A DNA stretch of 64,000 nucleotides, counting the filler, from Sphacelaria rigidula (Eukaryota): assembly GCA_964200075.2 (NCBI GenBank). It is 3 parts of 3 records of this genome, joined end to end, with 100 filler letters (N's around TTAATTAATTAA, not from the genome) between each part and the next. Parts side by side here need not be neighbours in the genome. Positions count along the whole stretch, not along the records: positions 21,811 to 43,512 come from CAXNAA020000394.1; 2 more parts are not named here. The stretch is one strand, 5' to 3'. The position numbers and the translations under genes are program-made. Shown one piece after another: positions 24,456 through 37,900 of the stretch. The stretch's first letter is position 1. Each line of letters begins with the position of its first letter. The notes under the pieces were generated by a model that saw only the letters and a program-made list of their open reading frames with translations, did not search any database and was not told where the DNA came from.

Positions 24456-27400
24456 TCACAACCGCACGTAGATATACACTCGGGCCATATTCCAGCTCAT
24501 TTTGAAAACGCCCTCATGCAAAAGACGCAGCACGGGGGGCATGGGAGCGGCAAGACGTCCTACGGCATCGCCTATCCCCGCACGACAATCAATACCTTCC
24601 ATAGAATCAACACCATAATTCCCGTCATTGCTAGACGAAGGAATCGGCCTGAGGGATATGATCCGGGCTCCCTGCTTCAGCTTTTTCGATAAGGCACAAA
24701 GGCGTGCCATCGTAGCGTCGTCGAAGAGCAACGACGCTGCATAGACCACGCCGGCATCGTGCCTTTTGATTGACCAGAGATGGAAGAAAGCAAATCGGGT
24801 GGTGGGAGTGTAAGTTGGTGGGTCGTTGGGTTGAAATAGGAGAATGGGGGTGAATCAACGGCGAATGGATGCTGAAGGCGCAATCCGTCTCATGAAACTC
24901 AAAAATCTCGGACAATTTCACACCAGGGATATCAGCGAAAGCCCAACTGCCTGACGCATGTCCGCAGAGAACACGACCCCCTCTCGCGTTAGTAGTCATT
25001 GAACCTGAGCCAGTCTCATCGTGTGTTCCTCATCGATTGCTACACTGCACGTGCTCACAAGTCCTTGAAAGATCCTCGCAAAAATATAAACAGGTGGACC
25101 CTGCTATAATAGACATTTAATCGCGGATCAAGCGCATGGCTATTACACCTGTTTCGTATGTTCCAAAGTACACTTACAAAAAAAGACTCACTTACCACGG
25201 TTCCTGGAAAATATCCCCACAGTATATTTGCACCCGATCTAGCGCCTCACACGTAACAGGTCCTGCTTTCGGCAAACGGCATCTCTCCTGGTTGCCTTCA
25301 ACCAGCGCACCGTCCTCATTGCCATTGCTGCCCGTGCCATCGTTTCCACCTGCCCCACTTCTCCCACTTTCGCCTTCAAGACTTCCCATCAAGCCCGGAA
25401 TAACAGCGGAAGGTGAAGAAGAGCACGGCACCCTGGACTCGGTACACAGTCCATCGGAGCTTTCGCAAACCACCGGCGCCGAAACCGTACACGCAGGTGC
25501 AAGCGGGCACCTGGAAGGTGAATCCAAAAGTGATTGCGCAGGCGGTATCGCGTGCTGTATAGCGTAGGTACTCTCGTCCCGATGGCTACGAGTGTTCACC
25601 TGCATCTTGTTGACCTCCAAGGCTGCAACAGGATACTTCACAGCAGTATGATCGATTTCAAAGGGGATGGTGATGGGACGGTCGCTGCTGTCCGCGTTGC
25701 ACTGTGGTGGCGTGGGAGCTTCCACTTGCCCGCACTCGATGGACTCCACAGAAGTCGGCCTGAGCGATACCATGCTGCCGTCGGGGGAAATGTGCAGGCG
25801 CTGCCCGACGGTCTGGGACTTGGTCAAACCCACCAAGAACTTTTGAAGACCGCCATACCCTCTTATGCTGGCTTTGTACCTGCCATGACAAGATGACATC
25901 AACGACCGGTGACGCGGCCAGCGGTACATGAATAACAGCAAATAATACTGTGGGTGGTGAAGAGTTTCAGATTTCGTGTGGGCGAGGAAGGGAACGGGTG
26001 GAATCTGGCTTTTCGTAAAACGGCGCCGGCACGAAACCATTGCTAGGTCGAGCTACGCGTTACGGCTTGGATTGCAAGTTGTCGGGTACGACACACGTTC
26101 AACAGACGGAGGGGGGTTGACTAACAACGCCGTGTGTGCGCTCGAGCTCATGTCAAGCGCATGACCCCATAGACACGGGAGAAACATGAAAAAAACATGG
26201 AAGTTTTGGCCAATACACTGTGTCATAAGACATGTGGACTAGAGACTTTCGATGGAATCGCGGCTCGAAAAAAAGTCCCCCCTAAACGCCTTCGTGTATC
26301 ACGCACTCGTGGAGCTCACATCCTACACCTCACTTACCTTCGATGCCCCAGCTCATTGACGAGTCGAGCGGCCACATCCTGTGCTGTCGACGGCGGCGGG
26401 GTTCCTTGCCTAGCCTCATTCTCCGAGCTGGTGAGCACGCCGACGATAAGATCCTCGAGTTGTTTCACGCCAATACCTTGATCGGCGGTCTTCGCGCCAC
26501 GAGAAGCAGCTTTACCTTTTTTACATTTACCTTTGCCGTTGGCATGTTTGGGCGGCTGTACCCCGTTCTTCAACAGTGCCAATTGCTGAGGCGAGAGGAT
26601 GTCGCCCTCGACACCGGGTCCGGAGTGGGCGTGGACCGAGGTGCTGCTGAGGTCGTGTTTCTCAGCAAGGTTACTTGCGAGGAAGGTGCGTACGGTCTGA
26701 ACGTGGTCGTTAGCCGCATTGACAAGGCCTTCAACAAGCTCGATCCCACGGCACTGATAAAATACAAGACACGGATTAACAGAAAAATGGGCGAAATGCG
26801 TCCAGCTTGAGTAGGGTTGCACAGCTAACTATTTCACAGTGGGTAAGAAACGGCTTCGCAACTCGAGGTCTGTGTCGTGCTTGCATGTGACTCTGTACTT
26901 GGAAAGAACTACAGTAACTCTCCACCATGTCACCTTTATGACTGTGGAATTCATAGGTCGACGTAAGGTTACTCGTATTCGCAGGGAACGGAAGGAGAAC
27001 AAAAAGCTCTCCGATACTGTAAGCGCCAAAAGCCCGGGTAGGAGCTCGCCTGCGAAAACTCCGGGAACCCGCATGCAGCCGCCACAACTGCCTTTCCTGT
27101 GCCCGACCCGAGATCAACGAAAATTTCGCCCTTCTGCGGCTTTGCCACGTCCAGGATGGAAAGAAAGTCGGGGACATCGACCTGCATCGAGAGCAAAAAG
27201 AGGTGATATATCAACATGCACCTTGTCCATACGAGTCACATGAAAAACAAGACAGAGCTGCTGGACAGTACAGCTCTCCTTTTTGGTCCGTTGCGCCTTC
27301 TAATTTGACGGACGAGCTGTTATTTCTGTTCCGATTTTCTTTGGGACGTCTATCACGCTCACAACACCACAGGAGAGCACAGCATAACATCCTACTGAAC

Positions 27401-27605
27401 TGCAGTGTTGTTGTGTTTGTGGATATGAACTCACCTCTCCGTATGTGAGCTGACGGCTGTGGCTTACCCCTCCCTTCTGCCGGCGACGATGTTCCAGTGA
27501 CAGCTTCGTGCCATCGAGGTCTGCTCGTCTCCTTGAGTATAACCAGTGCAGTAAGTCTATCGTGTGTTTCCGTCTCTCCACCTTGACCTTGGTGTCAGCT
27601 CGCAT
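24456..27605 (-). CDS. DOT1-family (histone H3K79-type) SAM-dependent methyltransferase, 5 exons, 569 aa
   Basis: Exons 27435-27605 (ATG...QLTYGE), 27050-27181 (FVDLGSGTGKAVVAAA, motif I), 26338-26753 (CRGIEL, motif II), 25196-25879 (RVQIYCGDIF), 24456-24762 (VVYAASLLFD...KKLKQGARIISLRP...FKMSW...VYIYVRL*). Total 1710 nt, in frame. The motif order YGE / DLGSGxG / GIE / GD-hydrophobic / LKxGxRII-S / SW matches DOT1-like domains. Confidence 0.85.
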
Positions 27606-28105
27606 CGTGCTTCACCCCTATGGCGGTGTTGTGTGCAGCCACGGAAGGTAAGCTGTACTCAAAGGGTATGGCATACAAACTTTGTTGTACGGCATACAAA
27701 CTTTTTTGTCTACATCAGTAGTCATACCCTTTAGCTTCACGTAGTGCTTCATCTCGCCACTTTAGGTTCATCTGAACGATACCCGTAAACCAATCGATGC
27801 CGTTTCGGACATCCTACGCAGCATCTATAGTGTCTATTCGCTCAGCTGTGCTTACACGATAACAGTAGTAGTAGTACAGTAGCAGCAGTAACAGCTGCTT
27901 CGGTAAACTTGATAAGTTGTGGTGCGAAAAGCAAATGCGGGATTTCCTGCTGGCCCAGCTCGTACCTGTAGTGTGAAGTATTTATTTTTCGTCTTCACGT
28001 CTATATATATATATTTTTGTTCGCCTGTGACCACGGAGGGCGTCTGCATCAGATGCCGAGTACGAATGTACCGCGCAGATATCAGAACGGTTTTTAATGT
28101 GAAGA

Positions 28106-28221
<116 letters not shown>

Positions 28222-28983
28222 CAAAAAGTGTGTAATAGTATACATACTGCAGTACTAGGTGGGGGCGAAACCCCCCTTTTTTGTGAGAGAGGGTGTTGAG
28301 CGCTGACATCATTATGTTGAATCCTATATCTGAGCAAACACATGATAATTCTATCACGTTTTCCCAACCGTAGGTTGTTTTGTTTTCCTACAGACTCTAA
28401 GCCCCCCCCCCCCTCCTCGGGAGGAGTCTGTGTTCTCAAGGGATCAACCAATATGTAGTGGCGCAATTAATAGCTAAAAAAAAGGAACTCTGTGTTAGTG
28501 GGTATACAGTCAATATTAATGTTGATCTATGTTACTCATATGTGTACTCGTCATCGAACCCCCCGATGATCGGTGACCCGGAAGTCCTTCAAAATTGACC
28601 AACCGTAAATTTTCCATTCTTCGGTATGTCCGGAATCCGGAACCACACTGCAGTGTCTTTCGACCCCGAATTCCAGGGCAAGATGTTTTGCCGTGATAAG
28701 GCTTGGTAGCCGAAAGACCCGAGTAAGGAAACCACTTTCATTTTAGCGTATACAACTACCATACCAGCAGAGAATGGTGGAGTGCTGCGGTCTCCGTTAG
28801 TGTGTTCAACATTGAAATTCGATATTGTGCTACTGTACTAGTACATACTCGTAGAATGAACAGGATCTATTGGGGGACTGTACCCTTTGTCGTGCTTTAA
28901 TATTTTCGCGCCGCCTAAAGTCATTGTAATCCCTACAGGGAACTCACGAAGCAACAAACTGCAACGGAGAAAACGAAAGCGGG

Positions 28984-31900
28984 ATGATGCCGTTCTTCCT
29001 CAAGCCAGAGGGTACGTACGTATCTAAGAAGTCCAGCGTGTTCATGCGCATGTGTTATCCATTGATGAGAAGTGTGCGGCAGGAGTAAGTCATCGAGTAG
29101 AGCGCACAGGCATTGGACAGATGACCCGACACTTCACGCGAAACACTGCTGCTCTGCGATGCCCGTGTGCGTGGACTTTGTTCTTAGTTACTGCCCTGGT
29201 TACAGTACTTACTTGATTCACCTACCCGCCCGACGCGCCGTGCACACTTCCTGTCTCTGCTGCATTCCCTACAATTTGTGCAACGTGCGGCCATTCAACA
29301 TGCCTGCGTCTGTGCCCTAATTGCCATGAGTGACGACAGCTGGATCGGCCGTGTCTGAGCTGCTGGAGGAGAGGCTGAAGCGCCTCCAGCATCAGCTACA
29401 AACCAGCCAACAGTCATGCGAGGGCTTGTCGGGAGAAGTGGAAGCGTTCATCAAGTCCGCTCGAGAGGTACGGAATGTTGAATTTTGCACGCGAGTGCTT
29501 GTTGTTTCGGGGTTGCCATAGGCGCGACGTTTTCGACAGCAGGTCGCCAGTACGCCATGATATTGCCCTCCGCCCGTGTGCTTTTACAGCTCTCAGTTAC
29601 CGTGTCGTGGTGTTTCTTGTGTTTTGCATGTGTAGTCCAGTGATAAAGTTTGCACGTCCGACGTGGACGGTTTCTGTTCCGGACTTCCACTCGTACAGAC
29701 GGTTCTTTGCAGACGGTTCTGTACGTCCTTAGTCCTAGTCCGCCTTTTCAAGCATCGGCAGCCAAGCAACTATCAAGCTTCGATGACGAAATCCGTCATT
29801 TCAACTGTTCGGTATCAGTAGCCCAGCCTGACTTGCAACTGCAAATAGCGAGAGTGCGATTACGATCGGTAAAGTGTCCCGCGTTTTTTTCACCTCTCCG
29901 AACTTGAGTTTGAACTGTAATACGAAGTACTTATCCCCTTCTTGAGATTGTAGCCGGAGGATCTGGACACATGTTGTCTTCGTTGAAAGGCACCTCAATG
30001 GTCAATGTTCAATGTTCAATGACAACATTGACAGTAGTTCATGTCTCGGAGGCCGTCGGATGGCGTTGTACATCGCTGTACGATGCTGTCTCTGTGTTCT
30101 GCTGCACTGCAATTGCCCCCTTGCCCTGGCACGGGATGCGAGTCACGTTCCGCGTCAACCTGGAGAACGGTCGACGTTGAGGTGCTGTACCAACACGAGT
30201 AACGACGATTCGTCGCACGCTTTTTGAGCTCATCGTATTTTCCCGGATAAGCTCAACGTTGATGGTACCTAATCAGGACTCCATGCTGCACTGTCTGTAC
30301 TGTTTTCGTCTGTACGGTCTGCATATCGTTCAGGGTCGGTTAAGAGGGGGTAAATACAGTGGTATATCCAGGAATATACGCATGGGCTGTTTGTTCAGGA
30401 CATTTTTTTTTAAAGCGAACTGCCATGGTTGGAGGGTATATCGAGGAATATACGCATGGGCTGTTTGCTAAGGACATTTTTTTTTTAAAGCGAACTGCCA
30501 TGGTTGGGGGCAACGTTCTACACGGCAACCAGGCGTGTTTCGTGCTGCAGAGCTCCTCACGTGCTACTCGTACGGATTATCACTACTTCTGCTGCAATCT
30601 CGGCACACGGCTGTAGTCACCGCCGGACATGTGTTCCCACTTCGCAGGGCACTCCGACTGTTGATCTGTTTAGTTGGCGCGACTCTGCCGGCGATACATG
30701 CTAACCTGGAAACAGGAGCAAAACTCCCGTGCTCTTGCTTTAGTTTTGACACAAAACTTACGCAGGCTTGTACCGCCGAGTGTGGGGATGTATTTCCCTC
30801 AGGAAGAATATTTTACCCACGTTTGCAGTGTTCAGGGTATCGGGGGCAAGGCCCACCTTTCACCTTTCACACATGCGCGCACACAGACGGAGGAGCGGAT
30901 GCACTTGATGGGCTTGAACGCGACGCGGTCGAGCACAGTAATCGAGGCTATATTTATTGAAATTCTACTATACGATAAAAGTGCAGAGTGACATCTGCAT
31001 CAATGCCTATAGCTTCCGGCCGTTCTCACTTCTTTCGTTTGTTTGCCGCACTCATCACGTGGACGTTCATGGGCACGCAGATGTGCCGCCGCGCAGGCGT
31101 CGCCTTCGGGGCGTTCGGAGCAGCCCTTGACGTAGAGTATGCGCGATTGGAGGATAAAAAGAAGGAATTGGCGTCTTGGTCGGGGTCTGAAGCTAATGGC
31201 AATGCAGCGGCGAACGCGACGGGGGCAATGAGTAATCGAAGGTCCTCGGGCGCTCCGAGAAGTAGCACAGAGCCCCTGAGATCGGAGCTGCTAGCCATGC
31301 AGCTGGTGGAGTGCGCCAACGAAATGGAGGATGACTTGCGAGAGCAGGTGTGGTTTTTTATTGAGTCACGCCAAGAAATGACCGTGTGTTGGTATAGCAG
31401 TTGCGTTTTGGTTGCAATCGAATTCAACAAAAGTGGTCGGGCCAGTAATGTGGTATGGTTGGGTTTTGATGTTAATAGTTTTGGCGCCCGCGGCCTGCTG
31501 CTGCTCCTGACAGCCCAGCCCCATGAGAGATGGTCGACGACGATCACAGGATGACGCCCGGGCGCTGAAACGATTTCGTGTTTTTTTTTCTGACCAATAG
31601 GATCGCAGCAGCCTATCATCGAGTAGCCAAGTTGGGTTCTTGTTGCGGTCTAGCATTTGTTTGTGCAACGCTTGTAGCGGACAGTATGGGTGCGCCTTGT
31701 ACGCCTTCGGATTCGGCTAGAGTTGCCGTCATGGCTTATATATAACCATTGTGCGAACACTACTAGGAGAGGATACGAGCTACGTGCGTGCCTTTGGCCA
31801 AGCCGCCCCGAACCCCCGGCGATAAAATAAGATATAACATGAACGGCTTGCTGGTGGATGGGCGCTGAAGATATCGAAAGAAACGGTGGTTACGTTGGTC

Positions 31901-34900
31901 CACATGAGGTAAAACGCCGTCTTGAATCATGGCGTTTACCCTGCGACATGTTTTTTGGTGGTCTGTGGTACGTGGCTGTGGCGACGGTCGCCATGTTCCA
32001 GCTGTGACCACGACAGCAACATTCCGCACCTCTCTTAGTACGTGCGTGCTCCCACCGTGAAGTGCGCACCAGCCATGCTGGATTTGGCAACCCGCATTTG
32101 TCCCCGACCGGCCCTCCACCCTTTCTCCTTGTTTTGCCCTTTGTCGTCAGGTTTTGCAACCAATGGAGAGTATACTAGCATCGCGCGGCGAGGTTCAGGT
32201 GTGTCTCTACTTCGTTTTCACTTGTCGCGGTATGTTGACACTGTGCTCCACACTTGTGAATTGTCCCGTCGGTGTCGTCTACCGATCTACCAAGTAGCAG
32301 AGGGGCTGGGTAGCATACTTGTTTGAACCACCGATCGACGTCCCACGATTTTTCACGTGTAGACTTTCCCGGACTTTTTTCAGTTGCGTTCTATGGAGCG
32401 GCTGTTGATCTATTCGCCTATCGCTACGTACAGCCTATAGTGGAAATACCAGTTTTCCTCAGCTGGATGTAGGCTGCTGCCCATTGTGATCACCATTGCG
32501 TACAAAGCACGTACGAAGTATACGGCTTCACCGTTGAACTCAAGCTGCATCCACATCATCGATCGCCCGCGTGTCCCTGATCTCAAATAGAACCTTCGAA
32601 CCTTTTTATCCCGACAACTGACAAAAACGAAACATCAGACTGCGATGAAAGAGCGCACGCGGGCTGCCGATGCCCTCGCCGCCGCTCACAACGATTACGC
32701 GCGCGCGGTGGCGCGGTATGAGGTGTCCAACCCCCGCAGCGGAAAGGCGGATCAGACCCACGGACCGGCCGCCGAAATGGCGCAACTCGGCGACAGGGTA
32801 GTGCGGGCGTCAGATGCCTTCGCGGAAGCGCATGGGCGAGCGGAGGAGGTGTTGACCAGGCTCTTGGAAGAGCGGGGACGATGTCTTCGAGACGCCATAG
32901 CCTCGGTAGGTCTCCTTGGCTTGCTGGATGTAGTTTGTGGAGGTTTGTGTGGTAGGGCCAGTACTCCCCCGGTATCGTGTGTTTGGTAGTTTGCAGGGCG
33001 TGACACATCTCTCGGTTACGGCACACATCCTCATCACTGGGTGAGGGGTCGGAAGGTACAGTACGAGGGCAGTGAAATGTAACGGGGTTTGAACACGTTG
33101 GCCGTGCCGACTGTCTCCTTCTCCCCCAGAGGGCACAAATCCAATAGATGATGAAGAAGCTTGCTGCTCTGCACTTGAATACAATACAGTACGCGTCTCC
33201 TACTGTAGGAAAACGGCGTTTCCCCCGTATAACACAATCAAGATTCTCTCCACCCCCCGTTTTGGTCTGAGGGAAATAATTTATACACTGACCGAAAACC
33301 GTGAAAGTAGCATGAATGCCTCTGCAAGCAGCGATACCAGCTGAAGGGGTTATCTAACCTACATGAATATCTCGCTAGGCGACCTTACATTTTCCTACAA
33401 GTTTCAAAAGGGGTGCGGAATGGTCTCCAGGCAACTAAAAAACTTCACTCCCTCACTGATTTTACGTTCACCACACCCGTTCAATCTTTCCGACTCGCGA
33501 TGATCTCGTTCCAAACGCTTGAAAACAGTGGAGATATCCGTTGTTTGGGGTCTAGTACCATGCTCTCGAAACACGTGGACCAGCTTCAATTTTCAATAGT
33601 CTAACTACGTCTGCCTGTTTAATTCAGTACAGTTTACCCGACTTCGGCGCCATATAGCGATGGTTGGACATATATATAAGCGTAAATATATATTGTTGGT
33701 CTTAGTGTCGACCATCATATTCGGCTCATTATGGGCGTCACAGTAGTCCCAAGCGCTCGTCAAGCGTGGGTGTAGCGTGTGCAGCATGCGTTTCTGACGC
33801 GGATCAGCGTCTCGAGACAAAAACAAGCGCACATTGCCTTGGGCACTGTTTTCACCCCCCGTGCCATAAGGTGTTCGATCTGCCCTGTGTTGAGGTCAGG
33901 GTTTTAGGGTATAGGCATATTTTCAACCCCCGAGCCATAGGGTGTTCGATCTTCCCAGGGTTGGGTCAGGGTTATAGGGTTAGTGTTATGAGCTGACGAA
34001 GACAGCGTATGTCAGCCGTTGCGCACTGGTGCAAAACTAGCGTGCACCCGCCTTGTTCGAGTACTTGGATTACGAGAGTCCGTCCGCACCAACTTGGGCT
34101 TGGGTGAAGAATTGGAATGTTTTGCTTATTTTCTCCCTGGCATTCTACGCGAAGTCTTGACAAGATTGCACACCCTGGCCAATATATATCTTCAATTGTC
34201 GCGATAGGCAAAAAATGTACTGCGTAAAGTATGGGTCTATTGCAACCAATGTCGGCAATGTATGTTGCTGTCGTCATCCAACCTCCAGAGCTTTTTGTTC
34301 CCCTTGGTGCACTTGGCTGTGGGATGATAATTATGAGTACTCGTGAAGCGCGAGATTTTCGGGGCATGACAGTGTATACTATACGAACGAAAAGTGAACA
34401 GGAACTGCTTTCTACCTGATGAGCGTTGGTCCGTGTCGTGACCGGGGACGTAAAAGGAAAGTTGGTGCAGCTTCATGATTCTGATGCTCGCGCCTTTTTA
34501 GTTCCTCTCTTCGCATTATACTGTTTGCTTTCTGTGGGGCCTCTTACATACTCCGTGCCATGTCGTTGTCTCGTTTTGTTTCGTGGTGCCTTCAGCTGAA
34601 GGCTGCGCAGACCGTGTTTTTTGTGCGTGCTGGTCATTGCGTCTCCTCGTCGGTGGGACAAACACCGCCGCCGGAGAAGGCCGAGAATGCTGAGGACTCT
34701 AAGGTGACACCCCCATGTATTTACCCATGGTCGACGCGGCGTGTTGCAGTGGTAACATGGCACTGCCTGTTTCGAGTGTTTAATTCATTGCGTTGCTATG
34801 CGAAGTTTTTCTCTAGTGCTGCTGTCCGCAAGTTCATGCTTTTTTTGTTGTTGAAAACCACTCGCGGCGACCGTTTCATTGTACGTTTTTCACATTTCCA

Positions 34901-37900
34901 CAAACAAAATGTCACCGCGCCTACATCTGGCGACGGCTTTCATTTTTTCCACAACGAGGAGCGAACTCTGCACTGAGGCCGATGGTACACGTATCGTTGA
35001 CTGATGCGCTGGCTGCTATCGCTGATATGATTGTTTTTATTCGTTGCGAAGGATGAGGAGGCTGGTAGCACAAGGCTCACCCCGCCGGGAGGGCAGGGAC
35101 GAAAACTCAAGAAGCTGTGGAAGGTACACAACCAGGGGCCGGAACTTTCCCGTCCACAAATGAGCGGGAGGAGCTCTCCGTCCAGTACCGAGGCCGAAAG
35201 CGTCGGCACGACAGTTGTATCCGTGACTGCCCTTCCTGACGCAAACCCAGCCTCGAATAACGTGAGCGGCGTAGCTGCGAGCGCGATCGTCAGTGACGTG
35301 CCTGCGCTCGACGCCGCGAATGACGGGGTGCCGAGGGTTACTGGCGGTGTTGCTCCGTCTTCACCGCGTAGCTTGGCAGTGAGTGGTATTGCTGACGCCG
35401 CCCCGACGGAGAAGCCGGCTCCCCCGGTTGTGGAAAATGGTCAGCCTCCACGGCGTCCGTCTTACTTGGCGAAAGGAGCAGGCTCCCATATCGACGACGC
35501 GAAGACTGGATCGTTGAGCGGGGATGCCCGTAGCGTTAGTGGTGTATTTGGGGGTAGGGGGGCATCGATAGGGGGCAATGATTGGGCTCTGAGGGATCGG
35601 CTGGGTAACAACGGTGGTGGGAGTTTCTTGTCGAGTGTGCCACTTGGTGACGGTAAGCGGAAAAAGCAGAGCAGCTGGTTGCGACGCCTTTCCATGACCT
35701 TCAAGTCGGGTCCCTCAGAGTCGAGGGGGTCAACCGGTGACTGGGAGGATTCGCTGACGCCGCCGCCATCGACCGACCCCGCGGGGGAAGTCTCCGATGT
35801 GCCGCCTGGAAATGGGGATGTGTGGAAGGTGGCTACAATTCCACCACGGTCTCCAATGCATGCCTCGGCCGTCGATGCATCCCGAGGCGGCGATGTTCCG
35901 ACAACGGCATCAGGTGCTGTGGAAGGGCAAAAGAGGCCGCCAGAGAAGGGGTTCGAGATGGTGGTGTCCGCTCTGGAGGCGAGGGATCCAGCGGTCATGG
36001 GCGATCTTGAGGCGGCAGGGGCTCGAACGGAAGGAACAAGTGGTACGGATGCGAGGGGAGGGATCACGGAGCAGCGTAGTGGCGATGATGAGGTAAGGCG
36101 AAGCATTTACGTATCTCTATTTGCTGATATTAGGGCAAAGGCGGAGTCCGACGGCGAAGGCGATTGCGAAGGCGAGCGCGGTGGGGAGGCACCACTTATC
36201 GATGATCTTGCGGAAACGCTCAGGACTGGCGCCACTCGAGGCTTACAAGCACGAGACCTACCCCGTGCAGGCGATGCGCGGGAAGGGTCGGATGGCTCCG
36301 ATTCGGACGAGACTGGAAGCAACTCTACCGAAGGGTTCGGGCCCGAGACTGCGGGCACCTTGTTCGACGGGAGCGACGGGAAGGAGAGTTTTTTGTTTCC
36401 TCGTAGCCCGTTGCTCCGCAGCCCGAGGCAGCTCACCTCTACAGGCACTTCACAGGGTGGCTTCGCGTACCCGGGTGGCACCGAACACGAAGGCACATGC
36501 GATGATGACGCTCATGTGGACCACGCCAAAGATGGTGGCGAGAATCTGGGACGAGCCACGGCAGAGTTACCGCGTGCACAGGCGGCAAGGGGGGATGTAG
36601 AGGCGGGGAAGCTTTCAGCCGTGGCAGGAACTCTGGAAGGAGATAAGATCGGGGCTGTTCATGAAGAAGCCACTCCTGGTCAAACTGCGGCAGTATCAAG
36701 GGGCGGCCTTCCTTCATCAGTCGTTGCCAATGTCGGCGTCGAGCGCTCAGATCACAAAGACGGGGAGGAAGCTCATGAAAAGGCGAACGCGATCGAGACG
36801 GGTTTCAAGGACGGAATCGAGAAGGCGTCTATCGTATCCCCGTCGGCCGGACCCCGTTCATCTATCTACTCGCGACGTCGAGATCGCCCCTCCACCCTTT
36901 CCTCGATTCTCATGTCAACACCGGACAAGGACAACCCAACAACACCATCTCCTCTCCCGCCCACGTCTGAGACTATGGTGACGCCCCCCGCCAACAACGG
37001 TCGCATTTCTCCGTTTGAGGCCTCGCCAGCAGTATCCGAAGAGAGCAGTACGCGGGGATCTCCTCGCTCGTGGAGATTGAGCGGCTGGTGGGCGCGAGCA
37101 AGCGATAGACATCGACCGCCACCGCCGGGAACTGAAAACGATTTCGCTGGCCCTGCCGTCGTTGAAAATCTGCTAGGGGTGGCTCTTGCCGCGGCCGCCG
37201 CCGGCGGAGACGCTGTCGAGTCAGCCCTCTCAGAGGTAGGCGGGGCAAGGGTCACGGACTCTGGAAATGGTGGAAATGACCGTCCAGTGGTCAAGGACGA
37301 TGGGGGCGAAGGTCTTGGTGGGAAAGGCGCCCAGGCAGCGCTCAGGACTAGTGATGGTGTTACGATGTTACAGACATTGTCGGCGGAGCAAGTGGCTGAA
37401 TCGGCGGCTGAAGCGTGCGAAGCGGAAATACGAGCGTGGAGCCAATCGACCCGCCGGCGCATGTCCAAGCCGTTCCTCTCCGCGAGTAGGATAGTTGACC
37501 ACCAGCCGAGGGCGTACGAGGCGGCCAGGGAATACTTGGACGTGGTGGATTTGAGTCGGGCGTGTGGGGTCTGCCGTGGCTGGGCGGAGCGACTGCGCGG
37601 GGAAGGCGCCGAGCGGGAATGGAGGCGCTGCGTAAGACTGAGCAATGGCGTGCCGAGTTCGATGCGGGCGAGGTTTTACCTGCATATCCTGTACGACCAA
37701 CCATCTTGGTTACCGAAGGTGTGTGTGCGTTTTGCTGTTTGATAATTGACGGGTTTCTATTTGTCAAGTTGTCCGCATGCGTTTTTCCATATTTCTCCGC
37801 GGTGGTGGCAAAACCGAGCGAGTGGTGACCTAGCTCTTAGCGTCATGTCTGGTCAAAGCGTCGTTATCGATTTTTAGAAGTATGTAAGGGTGCAAGTGCT

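Noticed and set aside
30361..30509. CRISPR-like repeat
   Set aside because: Only two adjacent units, no unique spacers, no cas genes, and a eukaryotic intron context.
35031..37742. 903-aa ORF as a standalone gene
   Set aside because: It has an acceptor at 35051/35052 and a donor at 37718/37719 and splices in frame to flanking exons, so it is an internal exon.
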